Source: Rhodospirillales bacterium (GTDB taxonomy: Bacteria; Pseudomonadota; Alphaproteobacteria; Rhodospirillales; JASLQF01). From it: DNA of 64,000 nt. Under the pieces are notes generated by a model, which ran no database searches, was not told where the DNA came from, and worked only from the letters and a program-made list of their open reading frames with translations. The DNA lies in assembly GCA_030744625.1 (NCBI GenBank), contig JASLQF010000008.1, positions 5,168 to 69,167 of the forward strand, written 5' to 3'. The position numbers were made by a program, and so were the translations under genes. Positions 37,657 through 47,443 of the stretch are shown piece by piece. The stretch's first letter is position 1. The number at the start of each line of letters is the position of its first letter.

Positions 37657-38472
37657 CTAAAAATGCTCCACTCGGAAGATATCCTCCTTGGCGAGAATGT
37701 TTTGCAGTGCATCGGCCAGGATATCAACCCAGCTTTCGACACCGGCCGCGTCCTCGAGCAGGTCCTGGCGGATTTCCACGGCGCAATTGGCAAGGCCCGC
37801 GGCGCCGGCGTGCCGGTCGATGGTGTAGGCGAGGTCGACGCCCGAGTAAGGTTCGTTGTCGCCCACGTGCAGGTAGTCGTGGGCCCGCAGCTCGCCGATC
37901 AGCGGCTTGGCCAGGCGCGGATCACGGTTCCACAGGACGCCGATATGCCAGTAGCGGTCTTCGCCCTTGAAGGACGGCGTGAAGCTGTGGACGGAGAAAA
38001 GGAGCGGCGGCGCGCCCCGCCGCCAGAGATGGGCGAGGGTGTTGTTCACGGCGTGGTGGTAGGGCCAGAAAAAGGTGTCCACGCGTTCCGTCTCATCCGC
38101 CTCGCCGAGACCGCGGTTGCCGGGGATCCGCACACCGTCGCTTTGATGGGGAATCGATTCGGGGTCCCCGGGCTGCCGGTTGAGGTCGATGACAAGCCGC
38201 GAGTAGCCGGCCAGGACCGCCGCCGCGTCGAGACGGTGCGACAGGCCGCGGGTGACGTCGCCGGCGCCGATGTCCCACGCCACATGCTGGCGCAGGCGAG
38301 CCTCGTCGACGCCGAGGCCGTCGAACGTCGCGGGTATTGTCCGGCTCGCGTGATCGCAGGTCAACAGCAGCGGCGCCGCGCCCTCGTGGTTGATGATCTC
38401 GCAGACCGGGGGGTCGCCCGGACCGAGCATGAGAGAATCGTGAAATACGAGTTCGGGCGCACTGTCGTTCAT
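37657..38472 (-). CDS. N-formylglutamate amidohydrolase family protein
   Basis: ORF 37657..38490, from MNDSAPELV; LLLTCDHASRTIP and VHSFTP motifs. Its stop is 1 bp from the ligase start. Confidence 0.8.
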   Translation of the reverse strand: MNDSAPELVFHDSLMLGPGDPPVCEIINHEGAAPLLLTCDHASRTIPATFDGLGVDEARLRQHVAWDIGAGDVTRGLSHRLDAAAVLAGYSRLVIDLNRQPGDPESIPHQSDGVRIPGNRGLGEADETERVDTFFWPYHHAVNNTLAHLWRRGAPPLLFSVHSFTPSFKGEDRYWHIGVLWNRDPRLAKPLIGELRAHDYLHVGDNEPYSGVDLAYTIDRHAGAAGLANCAVEIRQDLLEDAAGVESWVDILADALQNILAKEDIFRVEHF

Positions 38473-38731
38473 GCCCGGACTATAACCCAAATATTCCGGC
38501 GATTAAGGCCAAACACGGAGGTTCGCCGGTCGCCGCCGTCGCGCCGGGTTCTCCGTTTCGGCTTGATTCGTGTCAAGGTTCGCCCTTTGCGGGTGGACAT
38601 AGTGTGCGGTTCGGTATGATCGGCGCGCGGTGGGCCGCCTGGCGGGATGCGCCGTGGGAGAGAACCAGCATGGGGGCCTGCGCGTGAGGCGAGAATTTTT
38701 CTATTCGACGACCGCTCCCCGCGCCGTCGAG

Positions 38732-39997
38732 ATGAACGAGATGGCTCGCGACGCGAAGCCCTGGTTCATCTGGATGCTGTGCGCCAATTTCTACCTCTAC
38801 GCCTTTTTTCAACGAGTCGCGCCGAGCGTCATGATCACCGAGCTGATGCGGGATTTCGGCGTCACCGCGGTGGTCCTGGGCAATCTGTCGGCTTTCTATT
38901 ACTACGCCTACGCCGCGATCCAAATGCCCGTCGGCGTAATGCTCGACCGCTTCGGCCCCAGGCGCGTATTGTCCGCCGCCCTATTGTTGAGTGGCCTGGG
39001 AAGCCTGCTCTTCGCCACCGCCGAGACCTTGCCGCAGGCCTATTTCGGACGCCTGCTGATTGGCGCGGGGGTCGGTTTCGCCCTGGTCGGCACGCTCAAG
39101 GTGGCGGCGGTGTGGTTTCCGCCGAAGCGTTTCGCCCTGGTCACCGGGCTCACCTTCATGCTGGCCATGGTGGGGGCGGTCATCGGCCAGGCGCCCTTGG
39201 CCCTCGTCGTCGACGCGGTAGGCTGGCGCGGCACCATGATGGGCGCCGCCGCCGTGGCTCTCCTCGGCGTGCCGCTCATCTGGCTCGCCGTGCGCGAGGG
39301 GCCGGAGCCCGAAGCGAGGATGACCCCGGTCCCCCATAGCGGTCTGCTGCGCAGCCTGCGCCTGATAGCGACGACGCCGCAGACTTGGGTGTGCTCCATC
39401 TACTCGACCACGAATTTCGCGACGATGCTGGCCTTTGTCGGGCTGTGGGGCGTGCCCTACATGATGGAGGCGCATGGCCTGAGCCGTCCGGCGGCGGCCC
39501 TGTCGACGTCGTTGGTGTTGATCGGCTTCGGCATCGGCGGCCCCTTGTTCGGCTGGTTCAGCGACTACGTGGGCCGGCGCAGGATTCCCATGCGGGTCAG
39601 TTCCGTCGGCGTGCTCGTCACATTCTCGCTCATCATCTACGGGCCCGGATTGCCGCTGTCGGCCATCGATGTCCTGCTTTTCACGTGCGGCGTTTTCCAG
39701 GGCGGCGCCGTGCTCGGCTTCGTTACGGCCCGCGAGCACAATCTGCCGGGTGCCGATGGCGCGACGCTCGGTTTCATCAACACCATCAGCGTATCCTCGG
39801 GCGCCATCCTCCAGCCCCTCATCGGTTGGCTGCTGGACCTCCATTGGGATGGCCGCATGGAAGGCGGGGCCCAGGTCTTTTCGGTCGGAGCCTACCGGAC
39901 AGCGTTCCTTTCCCTGCTCGTCGCCTGTGGCATCGCGGTTGTGACCGCCTTTCTCGTTCGCGAGACTTTTTGCCGGCAGGTCCGCAGGGAAGCCTAG
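38732..39997 (+). CDS. MFS transporter
   Basis: ORF 38630..39997, from MNEMARDAKPW; MLDRFGPRR loop motif; about 12 hydrophobic segments. Confidence 0.8.
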   Translation: MNEMARDAKPWFIWMLCANFYLYAFFQRVAPSVMITELMRDFGVTAVVLGNLSAFYYYAYAAIQMPVGVMLDRFGPRRVLSAALLLSGLGSLLFATAETLPQAYFGRLLIGAGVGFALVGTLKVAAVWFPPKRFALVTGLTFMLAMVGAVIGQAPLALVVDAVGWRGTMMGAAAVALLGVPLIWLAVREGPEPEARMTPVPHSGLLRSLRLIATTPQTWVCSIYSTTNFATMLAFVGLWGVPYMMEAHGLSRPAAALSTSLVLIGFGIGGPLFGWFSDYVGRRRIPMRVSSVGVLVTFSLIIYGPGLPLSAIDVLLFTCGVFQGGAVLGFVTAREHNLPGADGATLGFINTISVSSGAILQPLIGWLLDLHWDGRMEGGAQVFSVGAYRTAFLSLLVACGIAVVTAFLVRETFCRQVRREA

Positions 39998-40100
39998 CGC
40001 CGCCCGCCGCTTGGACGGCGGCCGCCGATGCGTATAATCAGGAACAGCGCGGGAGGATCCGGCAATCGCGGCCGGCGCGCCGGAAGAGGGGGAGGCCATC

Positions 40101-40370
40101 ATGGCAGACGAGGCGAGCGAAGAGCAGGGACTTTACCTGGTCCGCGAGGTCGCGACCGCGGAAGGCTGGTACGTGCGGGAATTCAAGCGGGTTCTGTTCA
40201 CCAAGTTCGAGGGCGCGTGGTCCCATCGCATCGCCAATTCGCAGTGGCGGCCGCGAGGCCGGACGCTTCCGTGGAGCGACAAGACCCTGGAAGAGGCCAA
40301 GCGACGGCTGTTGGACTCCCTTGAAGAGCCCGCCTATTACGAGGAACCGGGCGGCTCCCTTCCAAAATAG
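40101..40370 (+). CDS. Hypothetical protein (89 aa)
   Basis: ATG preceded by GGGGGAGG; host-like codon usage; no family recognised. Confidence 0.4.
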   Translation: MADEASEEQGLYLVREVATAEGWYVREFKRVLFTKFEGAWSHRIANSQWRPRGRTLPWSDKTLEEAKRRLLDSLEEPAYYEEPGGSLPK

Positions 40371-40550
40371 GCGGTGGCGGAAAAAGGCCAATCCGGCCGG
40401 CAGGGAAATCCCAATTGTCTTTGACTTCGCCTTACTTCGCGCGTTAAAATAAAACACGTAACATGAAACACGCGGGGCCGCAAAGCCGGCGCCGGAAAAG
40501 CCTTGCGCGGGAGGTTTCCGGCCGTCACCGCGCCGGAGGAGGAGACTATC

Positions 40551-42794
40551 GTGAACAGCGACACAGAAGTATCGCCGGGCGACAGCTCGGCCACGGGCGG
40601 GGTGGCCAGCGCCTTTAAGGTCGTTTGCCGCATGTGTCACGGGGGTTGCGGGACCATCGTCGAAATGGTCGGCGGCACCGTCAGTCGGGTCTTTGGCGAC
40701 AAGGAAAACCCCATCAACCGGGGCGCGCTCTGTTCCAAGGCGGGCGTCCCCAGTATCGAGCAGCTCTACCATCCCGACCGGCTTGACTACCCCTTGATGC
40801 GGACCGGCGAGCGCGGCGCCGGCAAGTGGCGCCGGGCGAGTTGGGACGAGGCCCTGGATTTCATCGCCGAGAAGATGCTGGCCATCCGCGACCAACACGG
40901 CGCCGAGGGAGTGGCCTTCGGCCGCGGCACGGGCGTCAACAACACCCACATCGTCAGCCGCCTGGCCAACCTCTTCGGCACTCCCAACGTCACCGCCATC
41001 GCCTACTTCTGTTACGGGCCCAGGGTCGCCGTCGCCAAGGTCACGGCCAGCGGCAATTACTCGCAAAGAGGCTGGGACACGACGCCGATCTCCGACGTCT
41101 ACGGGAAACCCCGTTGCGTGGTCCAGTGGGGCTCCCAGAAGCGCACCAGCAACGATCACGGCCTCATCGGCCATATCCCGGTGACCGACGCGCTCCGCGA
41201 GAACCCGGTCAACATCGTCGTCGATCCGCGCAAGCCCAACGCCGCCGGCCCGGCCGACATCTGGCTGCCGCTACGTCCCGGCACCGACGCCGCGATGGCC
41301 CTGGGGTGGATGCGCGTAATCATCGACGAGGGACTCTACGACAAGGAATTCGTGGAAAGGTACTGCCACGGCTTCGACGAACTCGCCGAAAGGGTCAAGG
41401 ACTACCCGCTCGACAAGGTCGCCGAGATCACCTGGTGTCAGCCTGAGGAAATCGCCAGGGCGGCGCGCACCTACGCGACCACGGCGCCGGGCTGCATCAT
41501 CTGGGGCAACGGCACGGACCAGCTCGGCAACAACACGTTCCAGGCAACCCGTGCGCTACTCATCCTGATGGGCATAACCGGTAATCTCGACGTGCCCGGC
41601 GGCAACGTCTTTTACCCGGCGCCCAAGCTCGAATACCCGGAGCTGTGGGACAAGCTGTCGCCCGAGCAGGAGGCCAAGCGCATCGGCGGCGACCGTTTCA
41701 AGGCGCTCAACCTGACGCCCTATGCCTACGCCCACCCGCCCAGCCTCTATCACACGATGATCACCGACAAGCCCTATCCGGTAAAGGCCTACATCGTCAC
41801 CGGCAACAACACGGTGACATGCTTCCCCAACACGGGGCGCATCATCGAGGCGATGAAGAAGCTCGACCTGCTGGTGGTGATGGACATGTTCATGACGCCG
41901 ACCGCCGAACTCGCCGACGTGGTGCTGCCGGCGGCGGGGAACCTGGAGCGCGACGAGCCGCGCCTGCACCTGCACACCAAGGGCCCCCAAGCGACCTTCA
42001 TGGACACGGTGTCCCAGAAGCTGGTGGAGATCGGCGAGCGGCGCTCGGACTGGGAGTTCATCATCGGGCTCGGCCGCAAGCTCGGCTATGGCGAGCATTT
42101 TCCTTCCCTCGAGGAATTCGCCGAGAAATCCCTCAAGCCCATGGGCACGACGTGGGACAAGCTCAAGAAGATGGACCACGGCATCGAGTTGCCGGTCCAG
42201 TACCGCAAGTATGAGAAGGAAGGCTTCGGCACGCCGACCGGCAAGTTCGAAATCTATTCGACGATCATGGAGGAGTGGGGGTACGACCCCCTGCCGGCCC
42301 ATGTGGAGCCGGCGGAAGGCCCGGTCTCCACGCCCGAGCGGTTCGAGGAATATCCGCTCATTCTCAATACCGGCGCCAAGCAGCCCATGTTCTGGCATTC
42401 CCAGGGGCGCCAACTCAAGTCCTTGCGCAAACTGAACGCCGAGCCCCTGGTCGAGATCAACGCCAAGACGGCCGAGGCATATGGAATCAAGAAAGGCGAT
42501 TACGTGTGGATCGAAACCGTTCGCGGGCGCCTGCGCATGAGGGCCCATCTCCACGACCAGATCCACGAGAAGGTCGTTTCCATTCCGCACGGGTGGTGGC
42601 TGCCCGAGGAGCCGGGGCCGGACCGCGGGGTCTTCGAGGTGTGCTCGAACGTGCTCGTCGACGACGATCCCGATAACTGCGACGTGGTGCTCGGCTCGAG
42701 CCCGCTCAAGGGGCTCCTGTGCCGCATTTCCAAGGCGGAGGCGCCGGCCCGCACCATATCGCAACGCTGGAAGGAGGCGATGGCCGCCGAGTAG
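40551..42794 (+). CDS. Cytoplasmic molybdopterin oxidoreductase (DMSO-reductase superfamily)
   Basis: ORF 40503..42794. GTG 40551 follows GGAGGAGGAG. N-terminal Fe-S motif CRMCHGGCG, no Tat signal; molybdopterin and C-terminal dinucleotide-binding regions. Confidence 0.85.
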   Translation: MNSDTEVSPGDSSATGGVASAFKVVCRMCHGGCGTIVEMVGGTVSRVFGDKENPINRGALCSKAGVPSIEQLYHPDRLDYPLMRTGERGAGKWRRASWDEALDFIAEKMLAIRDQHGAEGVAFGRGTGVNNTHIVSRLANLFGTPNVTAIAYFCYGPRVAVAKVTASGNYSQRGWDTTPISDVYGKPRCVVQWGSQKRTSNDHGLIGHIPVTDALRENPVNIVVDPRKPNAAGPADIWLPLRPGTDAAMALGWMRVIIDEGLYDKEFVERYCHGFDELAERVKDYPLDKVAEITWCQPEEIARAARTYATTAPGCIIWGNGTDQLGNNTFQATRALLILMGITGNLDVPGGNVFYPAPKLEYPELWDKLSPEQEAKRIGGDRFKALNLTPYAYAHPPSLYHTMITDKPYPVKAYIVTGNNTVTCFPNTGRIIEAMKKLDLLVVMDMFMTPTAELADVVLPAAGNLERDEPRLHLHTKGPQATFMDTVSQKLVEIGERRSDWEFIIGLGRKLGYGEHFPSLEEFAEKSLKPMGTTWDKLKKMDHGIELPVQYRKYEKEGFGTPTGKFEIYSTIMEEWGYDPLPAHVEPAEGPVSTPERFEEYPLILNTGAKQPMFWHSQGRQLKSLRKLNAEPLVEINAKTAEAYGIKKGDYVWIETVRGRLRMRAHLHDQIHEKVVSIPHGWWLPEEPGPDRGVFEVCSNVLVDDDPDNCDVVLGSSPLKGLLCRISKAEAPARTISQRWKEAMAAE

Positions 42795-42885
42795 GCGCCA
42801 AGGCGCCGCCGACGCGCTTTCGGGCGCCGAGTTGAGGCGCCGTCGGGCAATTGCTAGAATTGTGGAGGCCGAACGGAGCAAGACC

Positions 42886-43923
42886 ATGAGCACGCAATCG
42901 CAAACCGCGGAATCGCCGGCCAACGAGCCCAACAGGGATCCCGTCCTGGTCGACGACTGGCACGTGGTGGCGCGCGCCAAGGACGTGTGGGAAGGGAAGA
43001 TCATGAAGGTGCGGCTGCTCGGCGAGGACCTCGTCGTGTGGCGCCACGAAGGCCGGGTGATGGCCTGGAAGGACCTGTGCATCCACCGCGGCGCGCGGCT
43101 TTCCATGGGATGGGTGGAGAACGGCGAGGTTGTCTGCCCCTATCACGGCTGGCGCTACAATTGCGAGGGGGCGTGCACGCTGATGCCGGCCCATCCCGAT
43201 CAGACGCCGTCCAAGAAGGCCCACGCAATCGTCCATCGCGTCGAGGAGAAATACGATTGGATCTGGGTGTCGCTGGGCGATCCGCAACACGACGTGCCGC
43301 CGTTTTGGCAGTGGGACGACCCCGCGTTCCGCAAGTTCCAGGCGGGGCCGTACTATTATCGCGCCAACGGATTTAGGACCATCGAGAACTTCGTCGACGC
43401 CTCTCACTTCCCCTATGTCCACGCCGGCCTCAACGGCGTTCAGGCCAACCCCGACGTCATCAAGCCCTACAAGGTCTACCGCGGGGAGCACGGCCTCTAC
43501 ACCGACGAAATTCATGTATTCCAGCCGTTCGGTGATCACCGTGGACGGCCGGTCAACTCGGGTTACACCTATCACTGCTTCCGCCCGCTCACGGCTTACT
43601 TCTCCAAGCACACGGTGCTCGCCGACGGAACGGGCGGCGACGACGACAGGTTCTGCACCTTCACCACGGTGCAGCCGGTCGAGGAGAACGAGAGCGTCGT
43701 GTGGCTTGGCATCGCCATCAACTTCGGTCCCGAACTCACCGAGAAGGACATCCTCGAGCGCCAGGACCAGGTCTTCGAGCAGGACCGCGAGATCGTCGAG
43801 AGCCAGCGCCCCGAGAAAATTCCCCTCGATCTCCGCGAGGAACTGCACGTGCGTTGCGACAGGCTCGCCGTCGAGTACCGGAAATGGCTCAAGGAACAGG
43901 GCCTGACCTTCGGGGCAGCCTAG
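42886..43923 (+). CDS. Rieske (2Fe-2S) non-heme iron oxygenase, PaO/VanA-like
   Basis: ORF 42832..43923, from MSTQSQ; CIHRGARL...CPYHGWRY; iron site NFVDASHFPYVH. Confidence 0.87.
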   Translation: MSTQSQTAESPANEPNRDPVLVDDWHVVARAKDVWEGKIMKVRLLGEDLVVWRHEGRVMAWKDLCIHRGARLSMGWVENGEVVCPYHGWRYNCEGACTLMPAHPDQTPSKKAHAIVHRVEEKYDWIWVSLGDPQHDVPPFWQWDDPAFRKFQAGPYYYRANGFRTIENFVDASHFPYVHAGLNGVQANPDVIKPYKVYRGEHGLYTDEIHVFQPFGDHRGRPVNSGYTYHCFRPLTAYFSKHTVLADGTGGDDDRFCTFTTVQPVEENESVVWLGIAINFGPELTEKDILERQDQVFEQDREIVESQRPEKIPLDLREELHVRCDRLAVEYRKWLKEQGLTFGAA

Positions 43924-44054
43924 AAATTATTTCGCGAAGACCTTAGCCGGAACCTAGACGGCGCCGGCGCCTGCCCTCTTTGCCGTTCCATGTGACCCGG
44001 CCGGGTCAGAGTGCTAGATTGCCGCCAACCTTGCGGCGACCGCCCCTCCCCCCT

Positions 44055-44087
44055 CGGAAATTAGGCGGAAATCAGGCGGAAATCAGG
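44055..44087 (+). repeat. Three tandem 11-bp repeats CGGAAAT(T/C)AGG directly upstream of the reductase gene
   Basis: cggaaattagg cggaaatcagg cggaaatcagg, ending 8 bp before ATG 44096. Confidence 0.9.
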
Positions 44088-44095
44088 GACTGCAC

Positions 44096-45478
44096 ATGGG
44101 CACCAGGGAAGCGCTCGGCTCGGAAAGGAACCCGTTGCGGGTGGCCATCGTCGGCAGCGGACCGGGCGGATTCTATGCCGCCCAGGCCTTGTTCCGCGCC
44201 GATATTGCCGTGCGCATCGACATGCTGGACCGGCTTCCCACCCCGTTCGGCCTGGTGCGTGGCGGCGTGGCGCCCGACCATCCCAAGATCAAGGAAGCGA
44301 GCCTCGTCTACGAGGCCATCGCCGAGACGCCGGAATTCACCTTTTTCGGCAACGTCACGGTAGGCAGGGACGTCGGCGTCGAGGAGTTGCGCAACACCCA
44401 TCATGCCGTGATCTTCGCCTGCGGCGCCGAGGTCGACCGCGAACTCGGCATCCCCGGCGAGGACCTCCCCGCCAGCCACACGGCGACGGAATTCGTCGGC
44501 TGGTACAACGGCCACCCCGATTACCGCGAGCGTGTCTTCGATCTGTCGTGCGAGACCGCCGTGGTCATCGGCCAGGGCAACGTCGCCGCCGACGTCGCGC
44601 GCATCCTGGCGATGCCCGTCGACGACCTGAAGCACACCGACATCGCCGAGCACGCCCTCCTGGTCCTGGCCGAAAGCCGGCTCCGCGAAATCCACGTGGT
44701 CGGCCGCCGCGGACCGGCCCAGGCCAAGTTCACCACCGCCGAACTGAGGGAACTTGGCGAGATCGCGGAGTGCGATCCGGTGCTCGACGAGGCGGTGCTG
44801 GCGCTCAATCCCGAGAGCCGGGCGGAAGTGGAAGACAAGCGCGGCAAGGTGGCCGCCAAGAACTTCGGCCTCTTCGAGGGGTTCGCCTCGCGCCCGGCTG
44901 CCACCGGCCGCCGGCGCCTGCATTTCGATTTCCTGGAAAGCCCCACCGAGCTGGTCGGCAAGGGGCGCCTCGAGGGCGTCGTCCTGGCCAGGAACCGGCT
45001 GCGCGGCGAGCCCTTCGCGCAAGTCGCGGAGGCCACAGGCGAGAGCCGTGTCCTCCCGTGCGGGATCGTGTTCCGCAGCATCGGCTACCGGGGGGTTCCG
45101 ATCCCCGGGGTCCCCTTCGACGATCGCCGCGGCATCTTTCCCCATCGCGACGGCCGGCTGGTGGACGGCGACGACATCCTGCCCGGCTTTTACGCCGCCG
45201 GCTGGATCAAGCGTGGGCCCAGCGGCATCATCGGAACCAACAAGCCGGACGCCGGGGCCACGGTGAAGGGCCTGCTCGAGGACATTCCCCACATGGTCGG
45301 CGGCGCGCGTGCCGGCGGCGAGGGCCTGCAAAAACTGCTCGCCGAACGCGGCGTGCGCCGGGTGAGCTATGGAGACTGGCGGAAAATCGACGCCGCCGAG
45401 GTGGCGCGCGGAAAGGCCAGGGCAAAACCGCGCGAGAAATTCACCACGATCGAGGAAATGCTCGCCGTCCTCGATTGA
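44096..45478 (+). CDS. FprA/adrenodoxin-reductase-type NADPH:ferredoxin reductase
   Basis: 460 aa; [34 protein letters not shown] and [15 protein letters not shown] parallel mycobacterial FprA. Confidence 0.85.
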   Translation: MGTREALGSERNPLRVAIVGSGPGGFYAAQALFRADIAVRIDMLDRLPTPFGLVRGGVAPDHPKIKEASLVYEAIAETPEFTFFGNVTVGRDVGVEELRNTHHAVIFACGAEVDRELGIPGEDLPASHTATEFVGWYNGHPDYRERVFDLSCETAVVIGQGNVAADVARILAMPVDDLKHTDIAEHALLVLAESRLREIHVVGRRGPAQAKFTTAELRELGEIAECDPVLDEAVLALNPESRAEVEDKRGKVAAKNFGLFEGFASRPAATGRRRLHFDFLESPTELVGKGRLEGVVLARNRLRGEPFAQVAEATGESRVLPCGIVFRSIGYRGVPIPGVPFDDRRGIFPHRDGRLVDGDDILPGFYAAGWIKRGPSGIIGTNKPDAGATVKGLLEDIPHMVGGARAGGEGLQKLLAERGVRRVSYGDWRKIDAAEVARGKARAKPREKFTTIEEMLAVLD

Positions 45479-45617
45479 GGACCCGGCCCCCGGTCCGTGA
45501 CGAATCTTTTTGTGCCGTGACGCGGGGAGCGCTGGTATTGTCCTCGGCGGTCGCGCCAGGCGGGCGATCCCGCCGCATGGCCGGATGCTCGTGGCGGCCC
45601 GATGACAGGGGGTATCG

Positions 45618-46298
45618 GTGAAGAAGCTGCGACGCACCAACCTCAGCGGGGACGCGTACTCCTTCGTCAAGGACCTGTTGCTTTCCGGCGAACGCTACCG
45701 GCCAGGCGAAAAAATCAGCGTCGAGGAACTGAGCCGCCAGTTGGGTGTCAGCCGGACCCCGGTATGGGGTGCCATCAACCGCCTGGAAGCGGAAGGCGTC
45801 GTCGAGATCGTGCCCCGCCAGGGCGTCTACCTCATCGACTTCGAACCGGCCAAGGCGCTCGACATCTATGTGGCGCGTGAGGCGTTGGAGGGCATGGCGG
45901 CCCGGCTGGCCGCCGAAAGAGGCAGCGATCGCCAGCTCGGCGCGATGAAGGCGGCGCTGGAGAAGCAGCGCACCTGCCTGGACGCGGGCGACGAGGACGG
46001 GTACGCGGCGGCGGCCTTGGCGTTTCACGAGCACATCGTCGACGCCGCCGCCAACAAGCCCCTGGCGCGGCTCCTCGGTTCGGTGTACGCGCAGATTCAG
46101 GCCATGCGCGCCCATTCGCGGTCCAAGGACTTTCCGACGCGAATGCCGCCCGGCGTCGAAAACCACGAACGCATTCTCGACGCCATAGCGGCGCGCGACC
46201 CGGAAAGCGCCGAGCGCGAGGCGCGGACCCATATTCAGCGGCTCGGCGATGAAATCAAAGGCCGGGTGGCCGGCGCCGCCCCGCGGGCCGGCGCCTGA
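45618..46298 (+). CDS. GntR family (FadR/FCD type) transcriptional regulator
   Basis: 226 aa; HTH SVEELSRQLGVSRTPVWGAINRLEAEG; FCD-like C-terminus; GTG start. Confidence 0.87.
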   Translation: MKKLRRTNLSGDAYSFVKDLLLSGERYRPGEKISVEELSRQLGVSRTPVWGAINRLEAEGVVEIVPRQGVYLIDFEPAKALDIYVAREALEGMAARLAAERGSDRQLGAMKAALEKQRTCLDAGDEDGYAAAALAFHEHIVDAAANKPLARLLGSVYAQIQAMRAHSRSKDFPTRMPPGVENHERILDAIAARDPESAEREARTHIQRLGDEIKGRVAGAAPRAGA

Positions 46299-46316
46299 AA
46301 CGGCGGCGAGGCGCAC

Positions 46317-46637
46317 TCAAGGAGTCGATGGGCCGCCACCGGGCATGATGTCCAGATAGCGCGAGCCCTCCTCGAAGCACATGTCGAATCCGAACTGCCA
46401 CCCCTCGCCATAGTCGGCGTCCTCGGCGATGCGCTTCACGTCCTTGAAAGTGATGTCCGAGTAGTGGTCGCGCCCTGCCTCCATGTATCCGTACTCGCAG
46501 CCATCAAACTTGCCGGTCCTGTAGGCCGGCGAGGCGTCCGGCGGCGATGCGGGGAAGGGCGGGAGCGGCGTGCACGCGGCGAAGACACCGCCGACGAACA
46601 CCATGATCGCCAAGTTTTTGCCGAGATTAGGACGCAT
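46317..46637 (-). CDS. Hypothetical lipoprotein (106 aa)
   Basis: Signal peptide with lipobox VFAAC; no family recognised. Confidence 0.5.
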   Translation of the reverse strand: MRPNLGKNLAIMVFVGGVFAACTPLPPFPASPPDASPAYRTGKFDGCEYGYMEAGRDHYSDITFKDVKRIAEDADYGEGWQFGFDMCFEEGSRYLDIMPGGGPSTP

Positions 46638-47005
46638 GGCTGCAATTCCTTCTTCGGCGGGCCCCCACCGCAGTATCCACCACGATCAAGGTAACCCACC
46701 GACACGGCGATTTAAAGACGTGGCAGGGGCGGCTCACGCAGGGTTTATCGGCGACGACAAAGGCCTGACCGCGCGAGGGCGCGCCAGCATCGGCAATGCT
46801 CCGTCGGCGTCCCGGTAATTACCGTACAGCCGTGAAATCAAAAGGGTTTCAGAAGGTTGCGTGCCTTGCCATCGGCCCCGCCGAAGCCTTACTATGGCGC
46901 GGTCGGCCTTTATGACAAGGTCCGCGAAAGGCAACGGCGCGCCGAATCGTCGAATGGACGACGGCGCGGCGATCTCGAAGCAATCGACGCAAGGTGGGGA
47001 AGGAC

Positions 47006-47410
47006 ATGGCAGACATACGGCAAAAGCGGGTCGTCGACAGCGGCGCCCTCCAGAAGACCATCGACAGCTTGAACGTGCCGCTTTCGGCGGTGGTAACGGA
47101 CGGCACCTACGTTTACGTCTCGGGTTTGCCGCCTTTCGATTCGGAGACCCAGACCATCGTCGGCGGCAGCATCGAGGATCAGACCGAGCAAGTGCTCAAG
47201 AACCTAGAGTTCGCGCTGGAATCGGCCGGCTCGTCCCTCGACAAGGTTCTCAAGACCACCGTCTACATTACCAACGCCGTCTATTTCGCACGCTTCAACG
47301 ACGTTTACCGCAAGTACTTCCCGATCGATCCCCCGGCCCGCACCTTCGTCCCCATAGCGTCGTTCCCCCTGGAGTTCGACCTGGAGATCGAGTGCGTGGC
47401 GCTCCTGTGA
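47006..47410 (+). CDS. RidA/YjgF family protein
   Basis: ORF 46994..47410; ATG 47006 follows GGGGAAGGA; VYVSGLPPFD, KTTVYI and PARTFV motifs. Confidence 0.87.
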   Translation: MADIRQKRVVDSGALQKTIDSLNVPLSAVVTDGTYVYVSGLPPFDSETQTIVGGSIEDQTEQVLKNLEFALESAGSSLDKVLKTTVYITNAVYFARFNDVYRKYFPIDPPARTFVPIASFPLEFDLEIECVALL

Positions 47411-47443
47411 CACGGCGCTAGCCAGCCGCCCGGGAGGAGCGCG

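Noticed and set aside
40440-40550. A Moco riboswitch upstream of the molybdoenzyme. A hairpin ccggaaa..tttccgg lies before the RBS.
   Set aside because: I could not recognise the conserved Moco-motif core. Only a generic hairpin is visible, and a covariance-model scan would be needed.
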